Of a stretch of DNA of 53,360 bases, positions 1 to 9,758 are shown in pieces (within the stretch, counting starts at the first letter, position 1; the number at the start of each line of letters is the position of its first letter). The notes under the pieces were generated by a model. The model was not told the DNA's origin. It saw only the letters and a program-made list of their open reading frames with translations, and did not search any database. This DNA comes from a virus: the IMG/VR virus record IMGVR_UViG_3300045988_161096. One strand, given 5' to 3'. Made by a program: the position numbers and the translations under genes.

Positions 1-55
1 CAGCTCCAGCAGCTCCAGCAGCTCCAGCAGCTCCAGCAGCTCCAGCAGCTCCAGC
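1..55 (+). repeat. 9-bp tandem repeat CAGCTCCAG x6, coding for Ala-Pro-Ala units; same unit and register as 53307-53360
   Basis: Read directly: six perfect 9-nt units from nt 1, decaying at nt 56 (CTCTTA). The first 53 nt of the window are identical to the last 53 nt. Confidence 0.95.
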
Positions 56-215
56 TCTTACAATTGATGATGTGCGCAAGGTAGTTGCTTCTAAGGCCGC
101 TGCTCATCGCGATGAGGTTAAGGCTAAGCTCACAGAGCTTGGTGCTAAGAATGTTACTACTCTTGACCCTAGTAAATACCAGGAGTTGGTTGATTACCTT
201 AATACTCTTGCATAA
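3..215 (+). CDS. 3' part of a gene that wraps around the window ends (5' part is 53181-53360); (Ala-Ala-Pro)n linker plus small helical C-terminal domain; function unknown
   Basis: The frame with codons starting at nt 3 is open from the window edge to TAA 213-215: (APA)n-LTIDDVRKVVASKAAAHRDEVKAKLTELGAKNVTTLDPSKYQELVDYLNTLA*. It joins in frame to 53181-53360 for any repeat-register overlap of 8+9k nt. Confidence 0.7.
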   Translation, partial: APAAPAAPAAPAAPAAPALTIDDVRKVVASKAAAHRDEVKAKLTELGAKNVTTLDPSKYQELVDYLNTLA

Positions 216-376
216 TGGGTAGGTCACATAAAAAGCGTCTATTGGCAGCCTCAGAACGCTTTAGACGAAATTACTTTTATTATTTCGGTTTACAGAAAAC
301 TGATGCAGATGGAGTAACACATATTCCTATGCATATTGAGTCACGTATTCCTAATCATAAAAGAACATGGAAGTAA
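215..376 (+). CDS. hypothetical small protein (53 aa)
   Basis: Hand-translated: MGRSHKKRLLAASERFRRNYFYYFGLQKTDADGVTHIPMHIESRIPNHKRTWK*. The ATG overlaps the upstream TAA (TAATG) and the stop overlaps the next gene's start. Below the 60-aa cut-off of the ORF track. Confidence 0.3.
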   Translation: MGRSHKKRLLAASERFRRNYFYYFGLQKTDADGVTHIPMHIESRIPNHKRTWK

Positions 377-1566
377 ATAACGGACAAGACCATCACGAGA
401 GAAGCCATGCGCTTCTCTCACCTTCAGGAGCCCATAGATGGTTGAACTGCACGCCATCTGCTCGTTTGGAGGAAAAAATGCCGCCAAAACCAACTTCTGT
501 TTACGCTGAAGAAGGTACGCTGGCGCATGAATTGGCAGAGTTATTTATCTGCCATGATACTCTAGGTACACTATCTGATGACGAATTCTCAGATAAGTAT
601 GAAGTCATAATGAGTAATAAGCTCTTCAACGAGGAGATGCTTGATATGGTTCCAATTTATACTGATTATTGTACAGAAGAATATAAAGCTGCTAAAGCTT
701 CAAATCCATCTGCAGAAATGTTTATCGAGTCTAAACTTGATATTTCAGAGTATGTACCAGAAAGCTTTGGTTCTGCAGACTGTACTATCGTTAACGATTC
801 AGTCATGGAGGTAGTTGACCTTAAGTATGGTAAGGGAATTCCAGTATCAGCTGAGTGGAATGTACAGGAGATGCTTTATGCACTAGGTATGTTAGCTAAG
901 TTTGATATGCTGTATGATATTGAAACTGTAAAGCTCACTATTGTTCAGCCTCGCTTGAATAACATATCATCTTGGAATATTTCCGTAAAAGACCTCATGG
1001 ATTGGGCCACAAATGAACTCAAGCCAAAAGCTAAAATGGCTTTTAATGGTGAAGGAGAACTTTCGTCAGGTGGATGGTGTAGATTCTGTGCAGTTAAGAA
1101 CAGATGTAAAGCTCTCTATGATAAGCAGTTAGAGTTGGCAAAGTATGATTTTGCTTCTCCTGAATTGTTGACAGATGAACAAATTGCTGATGTTCTTTCA
1201 AGAATTCCACAACTTGTAGAATGGGCAGATTCTGTAAAGGCTTATGCATTAGACCTTGCAGTAAATGAGAATAAACACTGGCCAGGCTTTAAAGTCGTAG
1301 AAGGAGTATCTAGACGTAAATGGATTGACGATGAGGATAAAATATGCAATGTTATTTACGAGAAGTTCCCAACTGCAACTGAAGATGATTTGTTTGATAT
1401 GAAGCTTAAGCCTATTACTTCTATTGAGAAGCAATTTGGCAAAAAGGCAGTTGCTGAAGCACTATCAGATGTTATCATAAAGCCAGCAGGTAAACCAACA
1501 TTAGTATCTGAAGATGACAAGAGACCAGCTCTTGGAACTGAAGATGCAATTAATGATTTTAAGTAG
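367..1566 (+). CDS. DUF2800-type PD-(D/E)XK (Cas4/RecB-like) nuclease
   Basis: 399-aa ORF. N-terminal HALLSPSGAHRWLNCTPS and C-terminal Cys cluster GGWCRFCAVKNRCKA match my memory of DUF2800. It sits upstream of a DUF2815-like gene and PolA, as in the known phage replication module. Confidence 0.7.
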   Translation: MEVNNGQDHHERSHALLSPSGAHRWLNCTPSARLEEKMPPKPTSVYAEEGTLAHELAELFICHDTLGTLSDDEFSDKYEVIMSNKLFNEEMLDMVPIYTDYCTEEYKAAKASNPSAEMFIESKLDISEYVPESFGSADCTIVNDSVMEVVDLKYGKGIPVSAEWNVQEMLYALGMLAKFDMLYDIETVKLTIVQPRLNNISSWNISVKDLMDWATNELKPKAKMAFNGEGELSSGGWCRFCAVKNRCKALYDKQLELAKYDFASPELLTDEQIADVLSRIPQLVEWADSVKAYALDLAVNENKHWPGFKVVEGVSRRKWIDDEDKICNVIYEKFPTATEDDLFDMKLKPITSIEKQFGKKAVAEALSDVIIKPAGKPTLVSEDDKRPALGTEDAINDFK

Positions 1567-1639
1567 TGAGTTTATTAATAAGTATAGCTATTTTTATAGT
1601 AGCTATCAATTTAGAATACAATAAATTTAATTCATAATT

Positions 1640-2197
1640 ATGGAAAATTCAACTAAAGTAGTAACAGGCAAAGTTCGTTTTTGTTTTTGTCATGTATTTG
1701 AGCCTTCAGCAATGGAGGGTCAGCCAGAAGAGTCAGCTAAGTACTCAGTTTGTGTAATCATTCCTAAGAGCGATACTCAGACTATTGAGAAGATTAAGAA
1801 GGCCATTGAAGCCGCTAAGACTGTTGGTAAGTCTAAGCTCGCAGATAAGAATGGCAAGATTCCTGTAAATATTAAGTTGCCACTTCGCGATGGCGATGAA
1901 GAGCGCTCAGATGATGAGGCATTTGCAGATTCTTACTTCCTCAATGCCACTTCTAATCGTAAGCCTACTATTGTAGACCGTAATCTCGACCCTATCATGG
2001 ATAAGGATGAGTTCTACTCTGGCGTGTATGGCCGTATATCTCTTAACTTGTTTGCATTCAATACATCTGGCAATAAAGGCATTGCAGCCGGTCTTCAGAA
2101 CTTGCAGAAGCTTGAAGATGGCGAGATGCTTGCAGGTGGTTCTACTGCTACTGAGGACTTCGGCGGCGACAACGCCTGGGACGATGACTTGATGTAG
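1640..2197 (+). CDS. DUF2815-type single-stranded DNA-binding protein
   Basis: 185 aa. N-terminal VVTGKVRFCFCHVFEP resembles DUF2815. Acidic SSB-like tail NAWDDDLM. Positioned between the DUF2800 gene and the polymerase. Confidence 0.65.
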   Translation: MENSTKVVTGKVRFCFCHVFEPSAMEGQPEESAKYSVCVIIPKSDTQTIEKIKKAIEAAKTVGKSKLADKNGKIPVNIKLPLRDGDEERSDDEAFADSYFLNATSNRKPTIVDRNLDPIMDKDEFYSGVYGRISLNLFAFNTSGNKGIAAGLQNLQKLEDGEMLAGGSTATEDFGGDNAWDDDLM

Positions 2198-2229
2198 TCT
2201 TTCATTTCTTATATTCTTATCAAACGGAA

Positions 2230-2304
2230 AGGTATATGGTATAGAACATAGGTCTTAGATACCTGGATGCTATGTCAGCAGAGGTTCGATTCCTCTGCTA
2301 CCTT
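2230..2304 (+). ncRNA. tRNA-like element, possibly a degenerate type-II tRNA-Leu(UAG); non-canonical core
   Basis: Perfect T-arm AGAGG-TTCGATT-CCTCT (2280-2296). Canonical anticodon arm TAGGT-CTTAGAT-ACCTG (2249-2265, anticodon TAG). Extra arm GCT-ATGTC-AGC (2269-2279). The acceptor pairs only 5 of 7 positions, and I could not fold a D-arm by hand. Confidence 0.4.
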
Positions 2305-2332
2305 CTATTATTAATTTTAAAGTTGTAAGAAT

Positions 2333-2446
2333 ATGGTACAAGAAGTTATAGACAAAAATTCTAGGCAGGTCTTATTTCAAGGAACCGCTGAGGAGTGTAG
2401 AGATTATATTATTAAGTCAAATAACGAATTTGCTACTTTGCGATGA
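2333..2446 (+). CDS. hypothetical small protein (37 aa)
   Basis: Hand-translated: MVQEVIDKNSRQVLFQGTAEECRDYIIKSNNEFATLR*. Its TGA overlaps the polymerase ATG (ATGA), suggesting translational coupling. Confidence 0.35.
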   Translation: MVQEVIDKNSRQVLFQGTAEECRDYIIKSNNEFATLR

Positions 2447-4431
2447 AAGAATTTGATAGAGAATTATTTATCGATATTGAAACATACTCATCAGTTGATA
2501 TTAAAGAGTGTGGAGCCTATAAGTATATAGCATCTCCAGACTTTGAAATATTGATTTGTGGCTATGCTTTTGGCGATGATGACGTAGTTATGGTAGACTT
2601 AGCATCAGGTGACAGGTGGCCAAGCGAATTCCTTGAAGCACTTAAAGACCCTAAATGCCTTAAGGTCGCTCATAATGCTGTATTTGAGCGTACAGCATTT
2701 AACAGAATAGGACTGCATACTGAAACAGATGAGTGGTATTGTACATTAGTTAAATCGGCTTATTGTGGCTTACCATTATCATTGGATGCTGTATCTAAGC
2801 AGCTTAATCTTCAAGATAAGAAACTTGAGACTGGTAAAGCTCTTATTAAGTACTTCAGTTGTCCATGCAAACCTACTAAGATTAATGGTGGCCGTACTCG
2901 CAATATGCCTGAAGATGCTCCGGCTAAATGGGCGGAATACAAGCTCTATAATATTTATGACGTACTTTCAGAAAGAGAGATATATCGTAAATTAGAGAAG
3001 TTTGAGATTCCAGAAATAGAGCGCCAGCTGTATGTTACGGACCAAAATATCAATGATAGAGGTATTATGATTGATAGAGAGTTAGCAAGTTCTGCTATTT
3101 ATTGTGACTTGGAATATTCTAAGTATCTCATGGAACAGGCTAAAAGCATAACTCATCTTGAAAATCCGAAATCGCCTCTTCAGATTAAAAAGTGGATAAA
3201 GGCAAGAACCGGTATTACTGTAGATTCACTTACAAAAGTAGAAATGCCTACTGTTCTTGAAAAAGTTAAAGACTATCCAGAAGTACTTGAAGCTCTTGAT
3301 ATTTATCAGAAGCTAAGTAAAACATCTGTAAAGAAGTATTACAAGATGATTTCTTGCGCTACACCAGATGACCGTGTGCGTGGCACCTTTCAGTTTTATG
3401 GAGCAAATAGAACAGGCCGTTGGGCTGGTAGACTTTTACAATTGCAAAACCTCAGTAAGAACCACTTTGATGACATTGATACACCTCGTGAACTTATTCG
3501 TAAACGCGATTGGGAAGCTTGCGATATGATGTATGGTAATGTGGCTGATGTTTTATCACAGTTGGTTCGTACAGCACTTATAGCTCCAGAAGGGTATACG
3601 TTCTCAGTAGCAGACTTTTCAGCAATAGAGGCTCGAGTAGTTTCATGGCTTGCTAATGAAAAATGGCGAATGGATGTATTCCACGGTGATGGTAAGATTT
3701 ATGAGGCTACTGGTTCTAAGATGTTCGGTGTACCAATTTCAGCTATTACTAAAGGTTCCGTTTTACGCGATAAAAGTAAAATATCTGAATTGGCATTAGG
3801 ATATGGCGGTTCACTTGGTGCTCTTGAAAGAATGGGTGGCGAAAAGATGGGACTCACTGATTCAGAAATGATGGATATGGTTAAGAAGTGGAGAGCTGCA
3901 AATCCTAAGATTGTTGCTCTCTGGAATGAACTTGAGAAATCAGCTCATGAAGCTGTTAAGTATCAAAGACCAGTTAGATGTACCTGTCGCAATATTATTT
4001 TCGATTGTGATGGAGAATATCTTACTGCAAGATTACCATCTGGCAGACAGTTGTTTTATGTTCATCCTCATTTCAAAAATAAGACTATTGGTCGTTCTAC
4101 TCGTCCAGTTCAGGTTCTTATGTATGAAGGACAGATTCAGACCATAGGCCAATGGGGTGAAATGGACACTTATGGCGGAAAGCTTTGTGAGAATATGGTA
4201 CAAGCCATAGCCCGTGATTTACTTGGATATTCTCTTATGCAAGTAGAGAAAGCTGGATTTAAAGTAGACTTCCACGTACACGATGAGATGATAGCTGAAA
4301 TCCCTAAGGATGGAAATGAGAAAGACAGATATGACCTTATGGTACGTATCATGTCAACTCCTCCAGACTGGGCTTCAGATTTACCTCTTCGTGCTGATGG
4401 ATATATTACTGACTACTATCGCAAAGATTAA
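2443..4431 (+). CDS. family A DNA polymerase with 3'-5' exonuclease domain
   Basis: 662 aa. Exo I FIDIETYS, Exo II HNAVFERTAF, Exo III YNIYDV. Pol motif A FSVADFSAIEARV, motif B RDKSKISELALGYGGS, motif C HVHDEM. Confidence 0.9.
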   Translation: MKEFDRELFIDIETYSSVDIKECGAYKYIASPDFEILICGYAFGDDDVVMVDLASGDRWPSEFLEALKDPKCLKVAHNAVFERTAFNRIGLHTETDEWYCTLVKSAYCGLPLSLDAVSKQLNLQDKKLETGKALIKYFSCPCKPTKINGGRTRNMPEDAPAKWAEYKLYNIYDVLSEREIYRKLEKFEIPEIERQLYVTDQNINDRGIMIDRELASSAIYCDLEYSKYLMEQAKSITHLENPKSPLQIKKWIKARTGITVDSLTKVEMPTVLEKVKDYPEVLEALDIYQKLSKTSVKKYYKMISCATPDDRVRGTFQFYGANRTGRWAGRLLQLQNLSKNHFDDIDTPRELIRKRDWEACDMMYGNVADVLSQLVRTALIAPEGYTFSVADFSAIEARVVSWLANEKWRMDVFHGDGKIYEATGSKMFGVPISAITKGSVLRDKSKISELALGYGGSLGALERMGGEKMGLTDSEMMDMVKKWRAANPKIVALWNELEKSAHEAVKYQRPVRCTCRNIIFDCDGEYLTARLPSGRQLFYVHPHFKNKTIGRSTRPVQVLMYEGQIQTIGQWGEMDTYGGKLCENMVQAIARDLLGYSLMQVEKAGFKVDFHVHDEMIAEIPKDGNEKDRYDLMVRIMSTPPDWASDLPLRADGYITDYYRKD

Positions 4432-4434
4432 GAT

Positions 4435-4737
4435 ATGCTTAAATTTAAATATATTATTGATAGTGGAAACTTTTCAAGTATAGAAGAGTTTCAAGCGCAT
4501 TTAAATAGAATGGGAGCTAAAGGCTATGAACTAGTTCAATGGCAGTTAGTTAATTTCGTAAATTGCTGCAGCACAATTCAGCCTACTAGTGATACACTAT
4601 CAACACTTATAACTTGGAAAATAGAGGACCATGATTCACGATGGCATAATAGATATAGCTACAGGCTTAAGTGCTTCTACAAAAAAGTGGAAGAACAAGA
4701 AAGTAAAGTGGAGCAAATTAATCGACAAACTTTCTAA
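4435..4737 (+). CDS. hypothetical protein (100 aa); the 3' 107 nt overlap the primase gene
   Basis: ATG-initiated ORF placed 4 nt after the polymerase stop. Only the first ~65 aa look protein-like. See the finding on the overlap. Confidence 0.35.
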   Translation: MLKFKYIIDSGNFSSIEEFQAHLNRMGAKGYELVQWQLVNFVNCCSTIQPTSDTLSTLITWKIEDHDSRWHNRYSYRLKCFYKKVEEQESKVEQINRQTF

Positions 4738-7123
4738 GCCTGTAGTTACTAATGAGACCCATGCTCAATTCATGGCTGCTAACAAAACTGACCAATCTAA
4801 AATCAAAGACGTTGGAGGCTTTGTCGGCGGCTATCTTGACAAGGGTATACGTAAGAAAGCGTCTGTATCATACAGGCAATTAATTTGTCTTGATGTAGAT
4901 TTTTCTTATGCTGATTTTTGGTGGGATTTTACATTGCAATATGGCTGCGCAGCTGCTATATATTCAACGCATAAATCTACACAGAGCAAACCTCGTCACA
5001 GATTGCTTATCCCTATTAATAGAGAGGTATCTGTTGACGAATATCAGGCTATATCCAGACGTATAGCCGGTAACTTAAATATAGAATTGTTCGACCAATC
5101 TACATTTGAGCCAGAAAGACTTATGTTTTGGCCAAGTGTATCATCTGATATAGAATATTATTTTGAATATCAAGATGGAGAATGGCTTGATGCTGATGCA
5201 GTTCTTGAAACGTATGATGACTGGAGGAATACATCTGAATGGCCATCTAGTAGTAAAATATCAGAAGGTTTATTATCTGATATTAAAAAGCAAGAAGACC
5301 CAGAAGAAAAGTCAGGCATAATTGGAACATTCTGTAGAACATACTCGATTCAAGATGCTATTAGCACATTTCTTAGTGATGTATATGAGGAAGCAGGCGA
5401 AGACCGATATACCTATAAATTAGGTTCTACAACTGGAGGTCTTATCGTTTATAACGATAAATTTGCTTTTTCGCATCACGGAACAGACCCAGCAAGTGGA
5501 AGGCTGTGCAACGCATTTGATTTGGTTAGAATACATAAATTTGGACATCTTGACTCTGGACCCGATTCAAAGGTTTCTCAGCAAAAGATGGAAGAATTTG
5601 CTACGACTTGTACTGAGGTCAAAAAGAAAATAGCTGAAGAGAATTTAGAGCATGCAAAATTAGATTTTGATGGGTTAGATGCTGCTAATGAGGAAAGTGC
5701 TGACGATGATGATTCTTATGATGATTCATGGCTTTCACAACTCAAAGCCAATAAGAAAGGCGAATATGACAGTGATTCTAACAATCTTAATCTCGTTTTG
5801 CAGAATGATAAATACCTCAGAGGTGCATTTAGACTGAATGAGTTTGACAGTAAAACATATATCATGAGGTCTATGCCTTGGCGTAAGATAGATTCTCCAG
5901 AACCAGTAAAAAATGTAGATTACTCAGGCATTCGTAATTACATAGAATGTGTATACAACATTGTATCTGTATCGAAAATCGATGATGCTGTGATGCTTGC
6001 CGCCCAAAAGAAGTCATTTCACCCAGTAAGAGACTATCTGAAATCTCTTTCATGGGACGGCATAAATAGAATTGATACACTTCTTATTGATTATTTCGGA
6101 GCCGAAGATACTAAATATACAAGAGCTACTATTCGCAAAGCTCTGTGTGCTGCAGTAGCTAGGATATTCAATCCTGGAATAAAATACGATATGGTTCTTG
6201 TGTTAGTTGGAGCTCAGGCTACATATAAATCTACGTTCATACGTAAACTTGGCAAGGACTGGTTTAGCGATTCGTTCAACACCTTTCAAGGTAAAGAAGC
6301 TTATGAGCAGTTACAAGGCGCATGGCTTATTGAAATGGCTGAGTTATCGGGTTTAAAGAAAGCTGAGGTTGAGACTGTAAAACAGTTCATAACTAAAACA
6401 GAAGATATGTTTAGACCTGCTTATGGTAGAACTGTAGAAACTTATAAACGTCAATGCGTGTTCTTTGGAACTACAAATGACATGGAGTTTTTGCGCGATT
6501 CTACAGGTAATCGCCGATTCAATCCTATTGAAGTTCGTCCTAAGTTTGCAACAAAGATAGTTGCCAAAGACTTAACTGATGATATTATAGACCAAATTTG
6601 GGCTGAAGCTGTTCAGATGTATCAGAATGGCGAAAAACTGTATTTCTCAGAAGAGGAGAATGAGCTTGCAAAGAAGAGCCAACAAAGCCACTCTGTAACT
6701 GATGACAGAACTGGAATAATCGAAGAATATCTAAACATGAAGTTTCCTTCTAGCTGGAGCAAGAAAGATTTATTCGAACGCCAGCAGTGGTTAAATGACC
6801 CACTAGCTGAAAAGGGAACAGAATACAAAGAGTTTGTTTGCTCTTACGAGATATGGTGTGAATGCTTAGGTGAGGAGCGTAAGAATTTTAATTCTTATAG
6901 CACTCGTGAGATAAACAACATAATGAAGACCCTTCCAGGTTGGGAATATGTTGGTTCTAAGAGAAAATCATTTGGCAAGATTTATGGTAAGCAAAAATAC
7001 TATAAACGCATAAAGCCTGTTCAAGAAGACCCTGTAGCAAAAGCTATGAGAGAACTTGAAGAGCTTTTAGGCGATAAACCTACCGATGATGAGATTAAAG
7101 CAATGTTAGGAGATTTATATTAA
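4631..7123 (+). CDS. DNA primase/helicase, VirE (VapE)-family with N-terminal primase-polymerase-like region
   Basis: 830 aa. P-loop-like GAQATYKSTFIRKLG. VirE-type block WLIEMAELSGLKKAEVETVKQFITKTEDMFRPAYGR...FFGTTND..FLRDSTGNRRF. N-terminal LICLDVDF / HRLLIPINR acidic and His motifs. Confidence 0.8.
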   Translation: MIHDGIIDIATGLSASTKKWKNKKVKWSKLIDKLSKPVVTNETHAQFMAANKTDQSKIKDVGGFVGGYLDKGIRKKASVSYRQLICLDVDFSYADFWWDFTLQYGCAAAIYSTHKSTQSKPRHRLLIPINREVSVDEYQAISRRIAGNLNIELFDQSTFEPERLMFWPSVSSDIEYYFEYQDGEWLDADAVLETYDDWRNTSEWPSSSKISEGLLSDIKKQEDPEEKSGIIGTFCRTYSIQDAISTFLSDVYEEAGEDRYTYKLGSTTGGLIVYNDKFAFSHHGTDPASGRLCNAFDLVRIHKFGHLDSGPDSKVSQQKMEEFATTCTEVKKKIAEENLEHAKLDFDGLDAANEESADDDDSYDDSWLSQLKANKKGEYDSDSNNLNLVLQNDKYLRGAFRLNEFDSKTYIMRSMPWRKIDSPEPVKNVDYSGIRNYIECVYNIVSVSKIDDAVMLAAQKKSFHPVRDYLKSLSWDGINRIDTLLIDYFGAEDTKYTRATIRKALCAAVARIFNPGIKYDMVLVLVGAQATYKSTFIRKLGKDWFSDSFNTFQGKEAYEQLQGAWLIEMAELSGLKKAEVETVKQFITKTEDMFRPAYGRTVETYKRQCVFFGTTNDMEFLRDSTGNRRFNPIEVRPKFATKIVAKDLTDDIIDQIWAEAVQMYQNGEKLYFSEEENELAKKSQQSHSVTDDRTGIIEEYLNMKFPSSWSKKDLFERQQWLNDPLAEKGTEYKEFVCSYEIWCECLGEERKNFNSYSTREINNIMKTLPGWEYVGSKRKSFGKIYGKQKYYKRIKPVQEDPVAKAMRELEELLGDKPTDDEIKAMLGDLY

Positions 7124-7127
7124 GATT

Positions 7128-7565
7128 ATGGATGAAAATACTAAAAAAGGCTTAGCAAAAAAGTTAAAAAGTGCATTCAGTGTTGCAGAAACTCGGGCTA
7201 AGCGAGTACAGGAAATAAGAAAAGCAAAAGCTGAAGCAGGTCCTGTAAAAGATGACCCAGATAAGCCAAACTATAAGAAGTACAAATTCAAAAATGACCT
7301 CAAAACGAAGACACATCGCATAATAAGAGGCATGAAGTTACGCTTCAAAAGTGGTGAATGGGTATCATACAATCTTGGCAAAATTGACACAATTGTCGGA
7401 AGAGCTGATGGAGCTTTAACTTTTGAGAAATTTAAAAAGCAGATATTTAAGTCTTTCAAGGATAGATTGTATACTCCTGATGCAGACAAGGACATTGAGT
7501 GGGATTATAAAGAAGAAGAAAAATGTTCTTCAGTAGGAGGTTTTGGATTCCATGAAAGAAAGTGA
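7128..7565 (+). CDS. hypothetical basic protein
   Basis: 145-aa Lys-rich ORF with an ATG start, tightly packed between the primase and VRR-NUC genes. Confidence 0.5.
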   Translation: MDENTKKGLAKKLKSAFSVAETRAKRVQEIRKAKAEAGPVKDDPDKPNYKKYKFKNDLKTKTHRIIRGMKLRFKSGEWVSYNLGKIDTIVGRADGALTFEKFKKQIFKSFKDRLYTPDADKDIEWDYKEEEKCSSVGGFGFHERK

Positions 7566-7839
7566 AAAAGTAGTTGAGCGAAAGCTTGTCGAACTTTGTA
7601 AACTGAATGGTGGTATGTGCATAAAGTTATTAAGTTTCCATATAAATGGATTGCCTGATAGAATGTGTTTATTTAAGCCCGCAAAAGTTATATTTGTAGA
7701 GCTTAAAACAACAAATCAAAAACCGCGACCACTTCAGTTAGCAATGCACGACAAGCTTCGCAAACTCGGCTTTAGAGTTGAAGTAATTGATACAGTAGAG
7801 CAGGTTGTCAACTTAATAGAAAATATAATGACATGTTAG
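7552..7839 (+). CDS. VRR-NUC domain nuclease
   Basis: PD...(D/E)xK-type core GLPDRMCLF...VIFVELKTTNQKPRPLQ. The track start at 7543 is TTG, so I prefer the in-frame ATG at 7552. Confidence 0.7.
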   Translation: MKESEKVVERKLVELCKLNGGMCIKLLSFHINGLPDRMCLFKPAKVIFVELKTTNQKPRPLQLAMHDKLRKLGFRVEVIDTVEQVVNLIENIMTC

Positions 7840-8282
7840 AACATATTCAATTAATCTGCGAAAATTGCGGAAAGGAATTTAGCAGATATAAAAAAGAAGT
7901 AGAATACTACGAACGGAAAAATCCAAATAAAAAGTGGTATTGTTGCAGAAAATGTGCAAAAGCTTTTACTAGTAAGCATATGCGCGATATGAATGAAGAA
8001 CTAAATCCTCATAGAATGGATAATGTTCTTACAAGAATAGCTATAAGCAATGGTCACGTGAAACACAATACTGGAACAGAAACTAGCTATACAAAAGTGT
8101 TAGGTAAACATTTACATAGAATAGTTGCTGAAGAAAAACTCGGAAGACCTCTTAGACCAGGAGAAGTTGTACACCATATAAATGGTAACAAACGAGACAA
8201 TAGACCAGAGAATTTAGAAATATTCGAATCTCAAGCAGAACATGCTAGAGTTCACATGTTAGAAAGGTATTGCAATGCTTAA
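7833..8282 (+). CDS. HNH homing endonuclease
   Basis: C-terminal HNH motif VVHHINGNKRDNRPENLEIFESQAEHARVH. N-terminal Cys pairs CENCG...CCRKC. Inserted between VRR-NUC and SNF2, which are normally adjacent. Confidence 0.85.
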   Translation: MLEHIQLICENCGKEFSRYKKEVEYYERKNPNKKWYCCRKCAKAFTSKHMRDMNEELNPHRMDNVLTRIAISNGHVKHNTGTETSYTKVLGKHLHRIVAEEKLGRPLRPGEVVHHINGNKRDNRPENLEIFESQAEHARVHMLERYCNA

Positions 8283-9663
8283 TGAGTCAAATCTTCATAA
8301 TTATCAAATAAGAAGTGTACAATTTATAATTGAGCACCCTTATTGTGGACTATTTCTTGACCTTGGAATGGGCAAAACAGTCTCAACCTTAACAGCAGTA
8401 GAGAAGTTAATGTACGACTACCTTGAAGTAAATTCAGTTTTGGTAATTGCTCCTAAGCGAGTAGCTGAAACTGTTTGGGCAGAAGAGGCACAAAATTGGG
8501 AGCACTTACAACATCTTACATTTTCTAAGATTATTGGAACAGAAAAACAGAGATTAGAAGCTTTTCATAAGAAAGCTGATATTCACATAATTTCTCGTGA
8601 CAATATAGCATGGCTCTGTGGCATATGTGCTTCAAACTTGCCATATGATATGCTCGTTATTGATGAGCTTAGTAGCTTTAAAAATCATCAGTCGCAGAGA
8701 TTTAAAGCATTAAGATTAGCCAGACCGTGGATAAAGCGAGTAGTCGGTTTAACTGGAACGCCTGCTCCAAACGGTTTAATTGATTTGTGGCCACAGATTT
8801 ACTTAATGGATAGAGGTGAACGACTTGGTAAAACTATTACTAAGTATAGAAGTATGTACTTTACTCCAGGTAGGTCTAATGGTTACGTAGTTTATAATTA
8901 TAATTTACAAGGAGGTGCAGAACAAGCAATACGAAATAAAATAGGTGATATATGCATAAGTATGCAAGCTCAGGACTATCTTCAAATGCCTATGCTTACA
9001 AACAACTATGTTAAGCTTAAAATGCCTAAAGACATATTAGATGCGTATCATAAGTTTGAAAAAGATAGTATAATGAAGCTTGTAAACACAGACAATGAAG
9101 TCGAAATCACAGCTTTAAATGCTGCTGGTTTGTCTAATAAACTTCTTCAATTTGCAAATGGCGCAATATATGATGAGGATAAGAACGTATATCCAATTCA
9201 CGATATTAAGCTAGAAGCATTAGAAGAGATAGTGGAAGAGGCATGTGGAAAGTCAGTTCTTGTTGCGTGGACTTATCAATTTGATAGAGATAGAATTATG
9301 AAGTATCTCAGTAAATATAAGCCTAGGGAGCTTAAAACAGCTAAAGATATACAAGATTGGAATGATGGAAAAGTTCAACTTATGCTAGCTCATCCTGCTT
9401 CAGCTGGTCACGGTCTTAACCTTCAAGCTGGAGGCAATATAATCGTTTGGTTCGGCTTAACCTGGTCACTTGAGTTGTATCAGCAGTTTAATGCTAGACT
9501 TTATCGTCAAGGTCAAAAGCAAGGTGTTATTATTCATCATCTGTGTATGGCTCAGACCCATGATGAGGATGTTATACTAGCATTGAGGAATAAAGACAGA
9601 GTGCAGATGAGCTTGATGAACAGTATTAAGGCTAAAATCGATAATTATCTTAAAAATATTTAA
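8275..9663 (+). CDS. SNF2-family DNA helicase/translocase
   Basis: Motif I LGMGKT, motif II VIDELSSFKN, motif III LTGTPAPNGLIDLW, motif V SAGHGLNLQ, motif VI QQFNARLYRQGQ. Confidence 0.9.
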   Translation: MLNESNLHNYQIRSVQFIIEHPYCGLFLDLGMGKTVSTLTAVEKLMYDYLEVNSVLVIAPKRVAETVWAEEAQNWEHLQHLTFSKIIGTEKQRLEAFHKKADIHIISRDNIAWLCGICASNLPYDMLVIDELSSFKNHQSQRFKALRLARPWIKRVVGLTGTPAPNGLIDLWPQIYLMDRGERLGKTITKYRSMYFTPGRSNGYVVYNYNLQGGAEQAIRNKIGDICISMQAQDYLQMPMLTNNYVKLKMPKDILDAYHKFEKDSIMKLVNTDNEVEITALNAAGLSNKLLQFANGAIYDEDKNVYPIHDIKLEALEEIVEEACGKSVLVAWTYQFDRDRIMKYLSKYKPRELKTAKDIQDWNDGKVQLMLAHPASAGHGLNLQAGGNIIVWFGLTWSLELYQQFNARLYRQGQKQGVIIHHLCMAQTHDEDVILALRNKDRVQMSLMNSIKAKIDNYLKNI

Positions 9664-9731
9664 AAATATATTTATGAATAATAAATAAGTTAATAAAATT
9701 TAAAATATTTTTTTAATTCAAATATTATTAT

Positions 9732-9739
9732 TAATTTTG
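9732..9739 (+). promoter_or_regulatory. Bacteroidota-type -7 promoter box TAATTTTG
   Basis: Exact match to TAnnTTTG, 20 nt upstream of ATG 9759, inside an AT-rich gap after the SNF2 gene. Confidence 0.55.
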
Positions 9740-9758
9740 CAATATAAAAATAAAGATT

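Noticed and set aside
2230-2304. The tRNA-like elements as attP sites of a temperate phage
   Set aside because: I found no integrase, recombinase, excisionase or CI-type lysogeny module in any frame. The idea remains unsupported rather than disproved.
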